Part shown: in pieces, positions 49,932-63,460 of the stretch
Numbering within the stretch: the first letter of the stretch is position 1
How the letters are laid out: every line of letters starts with the position of its first letter
Assembly: GCA_002633005.1 (NCBI GenBank)
Contig: NMRA01000453.1
Location: 124,001-188,000, forward strand
DNA from: Phoronis australis
Taxonomy: Eukaryota; Animalia; Phoronida
DNA: 64,000 nt
Direction: 5' to 3'
Made by a program: the position numbers and the translations under genes
The notes under the pieces: generated by a model
Told to the model about the DNA's origin: nothing
The model's input: the letters and a program-made list of their open reading frames with translations, nothing else
Databases searched by the model: none

Positions 49932-50621
49932 CTAGGGCTCTATAACATTTCTGATTCTGTTTTCCCGGCGGTCCACCTTTTCTACTCTTTCATTGGCGTA
50001 TATCGAAAAGAAATTTTGACTATTTCCTTCGCGAATCTCCGACGGATTCGCCTCCCTCTGCAAGTTATCAGACGAGACAACGTTCGCGCAAATGCCGTCG
50101 CTTCTCAGAGAAGCGAACGTTGAATGCATCATTCGACAACCTTCTGACTGCGTCAGTCCTGGGGACAGTTCGGTTCCTTCCGGCATTCTTATTTCAGAAA
50201 CTGAACAAAGTCCGGCTGCTCGTCTCATGCTTCTTTCAGTTGCTTCCACGGCGGAATTCTGCATGGTGAATCGATGGATATGATATTGGCCATTTCTTCT
50301 CTTTAAGCCAGCGATGTACTTGTGACCTGGTTCAAGCCGAGTTTCGTCGCACGAATGGGACTGGATTGGGTTGTGAATCGTAATTGTTCTCGGGATCTCA
50401 GACTCCGGTTCATCGTTGCGAAGAATGCATTCCACGCGGAATTTCCCCCTTGTACGATGAGTATGCACATCCATGAATGTCGTCCTTGTGTACTCGCCGT
50501 ACACCATAATATCAAATTTGTCCATTAACTGTAAAGGACTCATCCGCGGATACATGCCCGGCATCACCATACAGGAGTGCGCAGCACCACACAACAGAAA
50601 AGCCACGAAGACCGACAACAT
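49932..50621 (-). CDS. Secreted protein (229 aa), probable TIMP/NTR/agrin-NtA-like OB-fold; function unknown
   Basis: Hydrophobic signal peptide MLSVFVAFLLCGAAHS followed directly by Cys; DIMVYG...FRVECIL...ITI...SCDETRLEPGHKYI pattern; splice acceptor TTTTTTCCAG 13 nt before the ATG; minus-strand AATAAA at 49574-49569. Fold assignment is by eye. Confidence 0.8.
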   Translation of the reverse strand: MLSVFVAFLLCGAAHSCMVMPGMYPRMSPLQLMDKFDIMVYGEYTRTTFMDVHTHRTRGKFRVECILRNDEPESEIPRTITIHNPIQSHSCDETRLEPGHKYIAGLKRRNGQYHIHRFTMQNSAVEATERSMRRAAGLCSVSEIRMPEGTELSPGLTQSEGCRMMHSTFASLRSDGICANVVSSDNLQREANPSEIREGNSQNFFSIYANERVEKVDRRENRIRNVIEP

Positions 50622-51447
50622 CTTGATATTTATGCTGGAAAAAAGTAAAACATATGTTTGAGTCTGACGTAAAACAGGCTTGTTTGACAGAGTATTAAAA
50701 ACAATTTAAAAAGAGTATAAATACTTGCTACCGTGAAAGCTAGCAGCACTGCCTATTAACGCATAAAAAGCTCGTGTTTCGAGTCTCAATCATGATAACT
50801 TCTGACAAAAAACAATGGCGAATTTTATTTATGAAGTTGGTTACGTTATTGTCAGAAAATTGGTGTTTGGAAAGTACGACAATTTTTAATTTTACTTGTC
50901 CATATCAAGCCCATGTCCCGACCCATCTATTTTCTACAAAACGATCAATTTCGTAAAATTTTAATCTTCTCGTGACGATTAGGACTTCTGGCAGAAGTTG
51001 TATTAAATTTGTCAAACATGCTGTAAACACAGACGGACGTTTCCACTCAATAACTTTAACACGATCTTAGTATTGGTTGGAATACTCAACAACTAAAAAC
51101 ATATGCCTTGAAACTTTTCTGAGCTATTATAGAAGTGATGTTCCTCCACAATCAGATATTTACCACAGAGTGCCAAAAAGCAGTTTTGACAAGGCTGGCT
51201 TCAATAATTTGGTTGTTTCGCTTCAATATCTAATGACCTCTTTTTTTCTGTGGCACAAGTCAATTGATGCCATAGCATGAGAAATTTGGAGAGCAATTAG
51301 TTGGTATTCATCATTGCAGTTCATGATTTTCATGTTTTCGTGTTCAACAAGATATAACACATTTTCAAAAATGTTCGCGAATTACGAAAATATGTTGCCA
51401 ACTGTCATGCTATACAAAACACATTTCTCAAATACAAAAACACTTAC

Positions 51448-51536
51448 CGGATAACAAGATACAGTGAATCTCTAGAAATCTCTCGAGTACAGAACTTGTT
51501 GTCTGAAGTTTTCTCTCTGACTCTCCAACTTATATA
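51448..51536 (-). promoter_or_regulatory. TATA box, Inr and non-coding first exon of the secreted-protein gene
   Basis: Minus-strand TATATAA at 51536-51530; TTCAGA Inr-like with A at 51504 (32 nt downstream); CG|GTAAGT donor at 51447, pairing with the acceptor at 50635. Confidence 0.6.
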
Positions 51537-54109
51537 CCCAACCAAAATGAGTGGGGTTAATTGGATTAGATGAGTCGACCTTAGCGACTGGTACGAGGCA
51601 GACGCTGTTAACCAGTTATGATTCATCATCCGCTTCCCAGAAGTAAACTAGCACGTTTCGTGATTATGTAGGTCGACAAAAGCCATATTCGGGTGGGCAA
51701 TAACTATTAAATAATGTCAGATTTTACAAAAATGTGGAAGGAAATCTAGTTAGGAGAGACGTGCTAAATTAAGTGGGAGAAATATTTCTGAATTCTTCTT
51801 CGAGTATGCTGAATGTAAGTGAAATTCACACCCAATCGGGTTTCCGAATAAGATCGTGAACAACCGATTTTCCGAAAATGCCGTCGTCGGAGACATTTCG
51901 GGTGTAGTTTATTTCCTACTTCAAGTGGATGGGTTTTATTGTTCTCAGACTATATTTCGCGAAGTTAACTAATGGGTAATTCTAACTCAACAGTAAATAA
52001 AACCATGGATTCCGGCATGTTTTGGTCTTCGCTAAAAGGGAAACCCCAAAACTGAATAAGTCCGTGGTAAGAAGCATGGCTCTTTTTCAGAGTAGCAGTT
52101 GTGCACAAACTATCGACGTTTCATTTGGCCTGTGAACATTAAAAATCCATTCAGTCAAATGACGGAAGGTGCGTGTTAAAGGTCTATGTAAAAAGTTCAC
52201 TAGATTAAAATTATATCTCCTGGGTAAAGTAGCAGCCAAAAATACCCGAAAGTGGATTTAGCCATTTTAGGTCACAAAATCAGTGTCATAATGTTTTTTT
52301 TTACAATGGCAGAATTTGATTTCCGTTACCAATGAGACCGTGGTAATATTTTAAACCCCTAAACATTTTCATAAGAATTCAACTTTGAAAACTTAACAAC
52401 GGCTGTGAGTGACTCTATAAGTGAGTGTTCACCCATCTTGCATTGCAAAAAATAACTTTGATTTATACCACTACAGTTTCAAAACTGATTTCAGGGCTTT
52501 GAAAAAATGACGGTTATTCGCTGCTGACGTTAGACTCTACAAGGTGGCTTGTTACGGTGTGTCATTTGATGCACGGAGCATCGTTCCAAAGTATAACTAA
52601 CTGTCAGTTATATGCAATCGCTAGAAATCGCTTCTAATCTGAGTACGGTAAGGAACTACCAAACACAAAGTTTATAGCGCTACGTGGCCTATATCAGTTC
52701 GCTTCTTGAATGAAGCGCTCCTCTATATAGCCTCACGGCAAGTTTACTACACGTACAAACGTGCTGCAACAGGGTTCGTTGGTAAATTATCTCAAACTGC
52801 AAGAGAATGATAATTAACACTGGCGTCAAGCGTAACTTTCTTTGAACTGATTTTGTTTCCTATTCCTACAACAACTAGTCCTGGAAATCACGGTTCTGGG
52901 CGTAAACAAGTTAACAATGACTTGATTTCATCAGCCGCAGTAGGGGTCGAAGTTTGACCACAACATGTGTATGATATGTTGAAAAACCGAACATCGTGCG
53001 GTTCTGTTCACATCCATGTTGTCTTGCTTTGGGGTCTAAATGTTTATTATTAGTTTGTAAAACACGTGAATAGTGCATTTGGTCTACCAAAGAAACAAAG
53101 CCCCTTCTATGTTGGACGAACATTTTACAAACACCAACGTTTTTGTCAACTTCCACAATTGCTTACCTGAAGTACCAGTACACTGTACACGCAGCAGGTT
53201 ACGCATTTGATATTCATTTATTATATGGCCGGTATGGTTTATAATTACACTTTCAGAGGTTACGTAATTTATAGAAATACCCAATTTGGCTTATATTGGT
53301 CACTTTGATAGAATTTTCTAGCAATTAAGATGTTCAAGGTATTCATGCATAATGTTTTCTATTACATCTTAAATTGTCTATTCGGTCCACGTTATTCACA
53401 GTTTACATTTAGTTACAGATTGTGTAATACTGATTACTATCGCGTACATACCACCGACTACCCGAAACGAGGGCGTTAGTCCACAGAAAAAAATAAAATG
53501 GAAATTCTGTATACAAGTACATGAGAATAAAACCTGCCTATATAAAAACGGAATTGCCCAGAAAGCAGATCCCAGTTTTGATACAATCAATCTTCTTCGA
53601 TTTTCCACTAGTTTGCCTAAGTGTGTGGGAAAAGTTCAATTTAGGTCACAATATGTACAGTTCAATACCAACACGCCAAAAACTGTATACAAAATGTCGG
53701 ATAACTAATAAGTCAAGTAGATAAATAGGCCCACTCCGAGAGGGAACTTTGAGGATGCTGCCACTATATTTATGAGTTTAAAAATTTGAAGATGACCATG
53801 TTAAAATAAAAAAATATCAGTAGCAGCGCCGTGGAACGGTTACTCGCTTTCAGTGGCTCATCTATTTATGCTTAAATAATTTCCAATTTCGTGGAATATG
53901 CTGTAAACTAGACTTTATGAAAAACGACTACCAGATATTTTAAAAACTTTCACCCTAACTTCAAAAAGTAGGCCCCACTAGCTACTGTCTCCTTCTGGTC
54001 GGTATCATTATCATTATCTATTAAACTGAATTTCACCGTGCTTAGCTGACTTAAAAAATCTCATAAAACCGATATCATGTTATCCCTTTACCGTGATAGT
54101 TATTTTACT

Positions 54110-54250
54110 TTCGTGACCAACGAACTCCAGCCACAGGCAATGCGTACATGTGCCATTGTCGAATTCGTAATGGGCTGGCCAACCTCAATAAACTGTCTGA
54201 AGCGTTTTCTTGAATCGTGTGATTGTTTTGATGTTCTTGTTGGTAACACG
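54110..54250 (+). repeat. Diverged interspersed repeat; inverted relative at ~47300-47430
   Basis: gcaatgcgtacatg, tcgaattc, tggccaacc and gatgtt.ttgttggtaa are shared. Confidence 0.55.
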
Positions 54251-56813
54251 GAAATAGATTTCTATCACGGTAGGGTTATTACATAAGAGTGCAAATCGGT
54301 GTAATTTGATTTTAGTTTTTTAGCCAGCTAAACAGGACGAAATGCAACTTTAAGGATTCAGCTGCTTTTTTACGCTGGCGTTTCTAGATTTCGAACTCGA
54401 TGGAATTCATTGCCTTGATGCCCTCGGCTTCCACTCCGGCTGAAATCTGTACTTTGTCCTGGAATGTCGTTTTTAACATTACACGTGAGTGGAACAATCA
54501 GTTAAGTGAGCTAAGTCAGTCTCCAAACTCAAGGCTTCTATGTGGAAAAGCTCTTAAATTCCAATACGCAACAGGGGAGATGTCCCGGACCGTTGCCTGT
54601 TACGCGGCGGCGCGTGACACGTTGGGTGGGATTCCGGTTATGACGTCATTGGGTGAAACGAAATAATATTTCACAAGGCTTTTGTAGACGCAGAGCTCAA
54701 CTTGGGAGTTAAGGCGAATCCCAGTGTTTGTTACCTATTACTCACAGATGGCTTAGCATTTAGACTACGCCCTAAGTTCACATTCATGTCCGCGAATGAA
54801 AGGTATACTCTACACGTGAATTGCGGTATTATATATGAATGCAGTCGGAAACTCAACCAAACAAAGCATCTAATTCGCAGAAGATGATAAATCTAGGATA
54901 GGCAATCATTAGAAGACTCACGTGTTACATTAATTCAAGAAATATGCGACAACGGGCTAAACTCGTTTGGTGGGCTGGGCAAAACAGCTGTTAAGGATAA
55001 TGAATTAAGAGGGTAGAAGCTAATCGATCTGATCGTTTTTCTATGCTCTTCTCTGAAATGTGTAAATTTTCATAATACCGCGAGCTAGACATGACTCAAA
55101 ACTCGAGTCATTAATATTGATGTTCTTTATTTTTCAAAAAAAACCCGTTATTTAATCTTCTATCCAAACGTTGTCACTGTTCTCAAAAACCATCAACGGT
55201 ATAGTTCAAGCCACCAATAAACTGTTACAAGAACACTGTCATTAGAGATTGTTGTTTCTGTACTCTGTTTTTGAGCTTTGGCAGATTCGCAATATTCACT
55301 CATAATTTCACTGTTCTAAAAAATAAAGATATCATTAACTTAACTGAAAACTTGATATGTATTTTAAGCTCATTTGTATTAGATTTCAAATTATGTGATT
55401 TGGTAAAAAAATTATCAACGGATGGATGAGACTAACTCAAGCGCATTGCCACCACCGCGAACTTATGAACTGAAACAAAGACGTTTGAAGTATCGCCGTC
55501 ATGACGTGCTACTTTCAGTCATATTTCACTGAAGATCTGTGCACGCAGTGCTCCAGTTTTACGGTACATAAGATACCAGAGAGCACGTTCTACAGAAGAG
55601 ATGTTTTGTACAGCTACAGCGCAATTCCGTCTTAATTTTTCATTGTATCCCTGAGCCAAAACCAATAGGCCAATTGTTTATCCCATGAATTTCTATGTGT
55701 TGTGGTGTGATAATTGACCGATTTGTGGTTAAAGTTGAGGGTCTATCTTGGGTTCAAGTTCTTTGGAGTCAACTACCATTCATGTAGTCGCTGCTCTCAA
55801 AGAAGGCGTCAAAATGTAAACGAAGAAGCATAGACAAAAACAATGCAAAACATAATAACCAAAAATCCAAAATTCAGTGCTGACACGATCTTCAAGCAAT
55901 ATTCATCACGGAAACAATCAGTGTCCGATCAATAGGGATTTGATGTGCAGTCTGGAAAAGTTTGACGGAAAACGAATGTTTTAAAGAATACTTTGTAATT
56001 GCTACGAGACTAGTCGGAAACCCTGACTTACTAAGCTATTAAAACTAAACCGAGTATTAAGCCTACAGAAATAAAAGGAAGTGGATCAATTTCAAAATTA
56101 ATAGTGCTGGTCTGCTCAATCTTTATACATGTGCAATGTATGCGAGCACTTAAGCCAAACTGTGTCGATATTACGCAGAATGGATGAGTACTCTCAGTAA
56201 ATACTTTAGCTGGCATAATGGCTCATGCGCCAAAGCTTTGTTTTGCCTTTCGCCAGCAGTTTTACAAATACAAGCCATTAAGTCCGGAGTTTAGCGAAAA
56301 GCTTCATATTAGAGGTGTATGCCTAAATATGCGCACAAAAGGTTAAAAAGGCATGTAATGCCTAAATAGAGTAAACGAGCTCAGGTAACAAAAAGTTCAG
56401 AACGCAACATAACCTCAGTGCAATAATTTAGGAAAGTGATTAGTTTGCTGTGAATGCCTTTTTTGATAGCAAGAACACAAAATTCAGAAAGGCTTACACG
56501 GAAGTAACAAGACGACCACAATAACTCAGGTTTGCAATGTCACTCGGTTGTGTTGACTATACACAATTATCAACATTCACGGGGGTCAATATGTTACTTT
56601 TCATATTCCAAAAATGTGATAACAAAGGCGGCTGTTTTATTATACGATTACAACCCAAAGTAATTCATGGAAGGAAGTTACGTTTGGGTAGGGACCAACA
56701 AATTCGTTTACTGGTCTCAGATTTTGGATTTCAATCGTATGTCACTTATTGCGGCGGTAAGGTACTAGTTTTCAACCCTGAATCCTAAGGAGAGATTTTA
56801 ACAAAACTTCCAG

Positions 56814-57214
56814 GGCCCGGTCTCTAATCTTTGTACTCGAAACGAACTGGAAATTATTTTTGGCAATTTCTCTGCTCCTTTTGTGCGAACTCAAGATAAG
56901 TGGTTATCAGATTGTGCTCGAATAATTATAGTTCATGCATATGAGTTTCTAGTCCAAGTTTGCACTTAAAAACCCTTATATGCGTACTACAAACTCGAGT
57001 AAAAACTCGAAACTTCGAGTTTAAACTCAAACTTTTAGCTTTAATGTTGGTTTTGTCAACTGCAAAATATGACTAATCAATCATCCACGTAAGTCATTAT
57101 GTATTCGAGCATTGAGTAATGGACACTTATCTTGAGTTCGCACAAAAGTAGATTAAAAAAATGCCAAACTTTATTTCGAGTTCCCTTTCGAGTAAAAAGA
57201 TTCGAGACTGGGCC
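56814..57214. mobile_element. PIF/Harbinger-like palindromic MITE (~400 bp)
   Basis: TIR GGCCCGGTCTCTAATCTTTGTACTCGAAA / TTTCGAGTAAAAAGATTCGAGACTGGGCC; CAG on both flanks (CWG-type 3-bp TSD). Confidence 0.8.
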
Positions 57215-58559
57215 CAGGAGATGCTCGGAATGGACAAAGATTATTTTAAAATTAAAATGGCTTACATTTAATGTGATAGTATTCAAAAAGATATTTTTTT
57301 TCAAAGCCACAGAAGAGCGCAACGCAGTAAACAATGAACAAAATTAATTTGGTTGGCAGCGAAGCGATCATCCCTCCGCCAAACAAGCCCCAGAAGCAAG
57401 CAATGAACTTCACCGGGGCCACAATATTTCTTGCACTATTATTTTAAGGCCTTCTGTAGGATATCCATACACCTTCAGTGCTATGCAAGAGACTGAGTTT
57501 ACTATACCATCCTCTAACAATCCTTTACACGTGTATTTTAACTGTTCTTCGTTGTTTCACTATCGCTGACTAGTTTGTTTTGGCTGGATTGCCAATTTGG
57601 AAATGTCAAATTCTCGCTTGAAAATCAGTGACCATCTAATAATTTAGCTGGTTACGCAGAAGCACAGTAGTGACATTTGGTGACAGATAGAGAAAAATAG
57701 TTCGACAGGAACACTTAGATTTCTTTCCAAAAAAGGCTCAGTTAAATGGTCTATGGGCATGGACTCAAATCAACTACGAAACTGCTGCATTTTAGGAATA
57801 GTTCAATAAAGAAGTCAGTGCAATGGAAATTTGCACCAATCTTGACCAGAAATGACCACAAGTAAGAGTGTAGTAAGTATAAAACATAAATATATTTTAC
57901 AAAAAACACCGTCTTACAATGATTTATTTACAATGTACAACTGCAATGGCACCATGCATTATGAAAAAATAATTTAAGCTGGAGTATATACATTTCACTG
58001 AAAGCAGTTACTTCTTATAACTGCAAGTTTCACTAAATACAGGCTTAAAATCATTATGGTTGAATATTCAATGAAACGCACATTAAGGAGAATTACTGAT
58101 AATGAATGTTTCCAGACCCTGACATTGATAACAAGATAAAGTGAGATCCTATGCCTGGGATCGGTATGATGAAACCTGAAGAAAACCAATGGAATTGTGT
58201 CTATAAATGATTCTTACAATTGTAAAACAATGCTATCTTCAATCTTACTCAGCACGTGATAGTAATGAGAGTTTCCTGGAACCTAAACCTGAGAAGGCTA
58301 ACCTAACACAGGAACGAGGTGAGCAAAAGCTCATAATCAGGATCCCTGTTTTACATTTATCACAGAGAAAAAGAAAGCCTTTGGTTACAAAATGGGCAAC
58401 TGATTTTCATTCAGAAACTTGAGACTGACTGCAACCTTTGTTACATTCTGTACCACTACAAAATAGTTGGAAAATCAGCATTTCAAAGCACCCCACATGA
58501 AACAAATGAGCTTGCCTCTCTAAAAGAAAAGGGAAATTATTTTGAACGAAAAGTGAATC

Positions 58560-59399
58560 ACAAGAGCAACGCAGAGCGTTGAAATGCACCCACAATTGCA
58601 CCGCATACGGTATCCTTCTAGGGTTGTTTATTGGTACCATAAAGTGGCCAGTAGAGGGCATATATGTAGAATGTTGTACTTTGCAAAATGGAAAGGCATG
58701 GTCATTGTCTCCTCAATAGGCTAGGGGCAAAATGTGAGTGATCTTCATAATACAAGCACATCCTATGCATCAGTTGCTTAAAGCNNNNNNNNNNNNNNNN
58801 NNNNNNNNNNNNNNNNNNNNNNNNNNNNNNNNNNNNNNNNNNNNNNNNNNNNNAAAATTGCCACTAGTAGGCGCCACAGTAGTCCAAATCGTCTGAAAAT
58901 CATCGTCAACCGTCCTCTACATAGTAAGCATATACATGCCAATTTTCACAATCATTCTTTGAGCGGTTTGGTTGATAGAGGGGTGGACGCACAAAAACAG
59001 ACTCGAAAACACAAAAAATGGCCACTAGGTGGAGCAAACTATGTCAAATCCATCTGAAAACGGCAGGATAGCGTCACCTCACTAATAGGTGCCTACATAT
59101 CAAATTTCATGAAAATCCGTTCAGGACTTTTGAAGATACAAAGGTAAGCGTAAAAAACTAAAATTGCCACTAGGGGGCACACCGGTACTCGGATCCGTCC
59201 GAAAGTTCGCTCATGCCGTCCCATTCATAAATGGAACATACGTGCCAAATTTCATGAACATATGTCAAAGGGTTTTGGAGATAGAGCAGCAGACGCCGGA
59301 CGGACGCCGCCCGTACGGACGGACGGACGGCCGGCCGGACGGACGGACAGACGGAGATGACGGCATAATGCGTCCACATATAAATATGTGGGCGCATAA
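58560..59399 (-). mobile_element. HINE / DINE-1-like element, family A
   Basis: Near-identical to 14001-14870; internal gap 58785-58853. Confidence 0.85.
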
Positions 59400-60846
59400 T
59401 AATGACTGTAGTTTCGCAGATAAACCCAAATGAATACAAAACAGACACGCAAAAACGATGACTTCCATTACAAAATGAAGGTTGTCTGCTCCTTCATAAA
59501 CTCCAATATTAGAGTGAACATTGAACTCCAGCCCAGGACTGCCAACTTTGATCTTGCACTGCTGAGGTTGCACCAAGCATGCGCGTCATTAGTTTGCAAT
59601 CATTTGTTCCAATGTTGGATATTCCTATAAAATTTACTACCACTAAAACATTTCGCAACTTCACCGTTTTTTAACCAAATTGCATAAGAGTCATATCATT
59701 AGGAATCCCTTCAACAGTTTTTGATGATGCATGATTGTAGCAAAAGGAAATGATAAATAATTTAATAAATAAATAATCATCATTTCACATACATGACAGG
59801 TTTAAAAATTTTGTTGTAATTCTAAAAACCAAGAGTGTTATCAAAATGCAAAAAAATAATAGGATGTAATAGTAACATAAAAAATTTAAACCAGCAGGGA
59901 AATAATTTCAATGATTCAAAAGGTCTCTACCCTAACAATACAAAGAGCTTAGAATATGAGTCCCTCACAGTTGACTATGAATAATGCAGTCAGGCATTCA
60001 TCCAAAATTATGGCACTGTGTGTCAAAATGCGGAACATTTTGACGATGTGGAGGGAAAAAATTTAAAAAGTGAGATAGTTCTTCAAGAGCGGAACAATTG
60101 TTGGCAAACACAATGTATGCTGTCAGCAACACAAAGTGTTGAATTGTATCTTTTACAAGGTAAACTTTTCGTATATTCGTGGGTAGGCCTATAGGTAAAT
60201 ACTTACATATAACATTCACTGTCAAATTAACAAAAAAGTATCTGGGCAACAGGTAAACGCAGCACAAATGAATTAATTATAGAAACAATTGAAAACAGTA
60301 ATAATTTATGCAAACACAAATGCACACACTTATTTCTTCGGGAAAAATACAGTAACATAATTTTAACAACCAAAATGTCTTGATGAAAAACTCCTAGTAT
60401 GTAGTTTGACAGGTTGTCGAAAGTGGTTGTACGAATAAGAAACCAGAGACCAGACTGTTTCCCTGGTATCTGGCCAGGGCCATGGGTCGGACCAATGTAA
60501 TTGTCGGGTTTGTTGACTAATTTTGCTGGAAAATCGCTGATTGTCTATAATCTTAGCTCAAGAGAAACAAAAATGTCAAAATGAAAATGAAGCTGTGAAA
60601 TTAAGTTCAACTTGATAAGTACAACAATCGATCCAAACTCAGTCGTGCAAACAGCCAGAAATTCACAATGCTAACTATTGCGGCTAGTCTCGGGGTCGCA
60701 AGCTCTAATAATACACTACACTGGTCACGTGCGGAAGTTGGCATTCCAGGGCTAGAGTAAAGTTTCATGGAGTGAGTGACATCCTCTAGAACCAATAAAT
60801 GACCAGATATGCACAACCCATACCCTTACAAACACATCAACAGATC

Positions 60847-61753
60847 TCATTCTTCCTTTGGCCGTAAGTTCTCTGTCAAGTCAAAGGTGTCGATCTGTTC
60901 CAAGTCAGTAAACTGTTTCAGGTGGAATTTATTCACCTGGTGATTCACAAGTGTCCTTATGGCAAAGTAACCGAAGAACATTTCGAAGACAATAAAAAGA
61001 ACCAATACAGTATGGATGGCCCGCTCCATTGGTAGAGTTTTGGCATCATAAATCAGTAGGAACAGACTCAATGGAAACTGGAGTAATATGGTGAGCAACC
61101 AGAATCCAGCAATCTCAGGAACCTGAAAAGTGAAATGAACAACATAATTTATGGAAAACAGGATTTTTTGTGGTTGGAAAGTTTAAACATCTCTGGAACT
61201 GAAACTTTATTGAAAGCTAAGTGTCTAAGTCCCACAAGTAAAATTGCTTGACTGATAATTCAATACGATCGTGAAATGGGTGGATACTAAAATTCAATAG
61301 CTCCATTTGAATCCTTAGGTAATTACACGCAATGCTGGACATTGGTCAGACACTTTGCTAGTATTGCTCTAATGAAGCTGGACATTAACGTACTATTAAC
61401 CGCTACACATTTCTAGTCAAATTTATCTGTTTTGGTAAAAAAATCCTGACCCGAGTTGCAAAGCTACAAATTGACTCTAGTGCCATCTAGTACACATAAA
61501 GATGGCCAGGGTCACAAATCAGGACATACAGCTGACCATAAAAGGCATTGGCATAACCTAGCAGTTACGAAGAAAGACGATCATGAAATTCAATAAATTG
61601 TGCACGAGACAAAAGCAATTGAGGATGTCCTCCTCCTACCTTCTCGGTCAAATTTCCTGTGTAGCCCAGATACAACCGGATGACCTCTATAATCATCATT
61701 ACCACAAGTACCGAGCCCACCATGATCATGTGTAGGATCTCAAGTGACGTAAA
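60847..61753 (-). CDS. TMEM17: Transmembrane protein 17 (ciliary transition zone), last two exons 61753-61640 and 61122-60847; 5' exons not found in the window
   Basis: Spliced translation ...IEVIRLYLGYTGNLTEK|VPEIAGFWLLTILLQFPL...LPMERAIH...; GT-AG phase-0 intron. Confidence 0.9.
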
Positions 61754-61923
61754 CTGAAAAAAAAAAGATTACAACTCTAACTGCAATTACAAAGCAAAGA
61801 ACGACACTTATGTTCATTTGAGGAACCACACTGAAAAGTGAATATTGCAAAACTTATTTTCAACAAAAATATCTGACAAGTATGTAATAAATATAATTGT
61901 AGCTCAACATCACAGCTTGTCAT

Positions 61924-62132
61924 TGATGACATTGTATTCCACTATGAAACAAAATGCACTCTTGACTGTGAACATTGATGAAATTGTATTCCACTATGAA
62001 ACAGAATGCACTCTTGACTATGAACATTGATGAAATTGTATTCCACTATGAAACAGAATGCACTCTTGACTATGAACATTGATGAAATTGTATTCCACTA
62101 TGAAACAGAATGCACTCTTGACTATGAACATT
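61924..62132. repeat. 52-bp minisatellite in a TMEM17 intron, running into a gap
   Basis: tgatgaaattgtattccactatgaaacagaatgcactcttgactatgaacat x4. Confidence 0.9.
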
Positions 62133-63297
62133 NNNNNNNNNNNNNNNNNNNNNNNNNNNNNNNNNNNNNNNNNNNNNNNNNNNNNNNNNNNNNNNNNNNN
62201 NNNNNNNNNNNNNNNNNNNNNNNNNNNNNNNNNNNNNNNNNNNNNNNNNNNNNNNNNNNNNNNNNNNNNNNNNNNNNNNNNNNNNNNNNNNNNNNNNNNN
62301 NNNNNNNNNNNNNNNNNNNNNNNNNNNNNNNNNNNNNNNNNNNNNNNNNNNNNNNNNNNNNNNNNNNNNNNNNNNNNNNNNNNNNNNNNNNNNNNNNNNN
62401 NNNNNNNNNNNNNNNNNNNNNNNNNNNNNNNNNNNNNNNNNAAAAAAAAAGATTACAACTCTAACTGCAATTACAAAGCAAAGAACGACACTTATGTTCA
62501 TTTGAGGAACCACACAGAAAAGTGAATATTGCAAAACTTATTTTCAACAAAAATATCTGACAAGTATGTAATAAATATAATTGTAGCTCAACATCACAGC
62601 TTGTCATTGATGAAATTGTATTTGACTATGAAACAAAATGCACTCTTGACTATGAACATTTTTGCATTCATAAAATGCAACTAGAAACTCAAACCCATGA
62701 CTGAAATTTATGTTCCGGTATTGAAAACGACTTTCTTCAAAAGCAATGTGTCTGCACGATCTTAAACTTTGTTTGAATAGAAATCAGTTCCCATAAAATG
62801 CCTAGAGCTCCCCTGGTGGTCATACTGCTTCAGTGGCTGAGACTAACCAGTCATGACATGCAAACTTCATCAATTTGATCGTTTAGAAATGAACGAGTTG
62901 TCAGTTACTCTCAAGCCCAGAAATCATTTTCTAATCTGAGTAAAGAACAAGGTGAGACTGAATTTAAAACAGTGAGAGGCCAACTGGCAACTGGCACGTT
63001 TATGGCCCTCTTAATTGATTTGTCAGTTAATCAGAAAACCAGCCCACTGAATTCAGTCATAATGACATTAAAGGAAGGCTTTAGAAAAAGCAAACACCTG
63101 AGCGTGGAAATATATACTTTCGTGCAAGAAAAACTTAAAATTTATTCAAAAAATAAACTTTTCCTAATCTAATCTATCCCCGAGCAGGATCACATGCTCA
63201 GCCATTACATTAGCCCATACTTGCTGAATAGTTTGAGAAATTCAAAATATGCACCCATGACCACAAGTAACCTAGTTAAGCTGAAACAGAATACAGA

Positions 63298-63460
63298 TAC
63301 CGTAATCGTTCGGGTTAACGCCCTGGGCGGTTAAATTGGCGAATCCAAAAAATCGGGGGAGGGCGGTTAACCGAGCAGTGGGCGGTTAAATCGAAAATCC
63401 ACCTAAAGTAGGGGATGGGCGGTTAACTGAGCATGGGCGTTAACCCGAACGATTACGGTA
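63298..63460. mobile_element. Tc1/mariner-pogo-type MITE (TA TSD)
   Basis: Perfect TIR TACCGTAATCGTTCGGGTTAACGCCC / GGGCGTTAACCCGAACGATTACGGTA; internal GGGCGGTTAA repeats. Confidence 0.85.

Noticed and set aside
61924-62132. 52-bp repeats and their ORFs as a CRISPR array or repeat protein
   Set aside because: Head-to-tail minisatellite without spacers, intronic; the ORFs are extended artificially by N runs.
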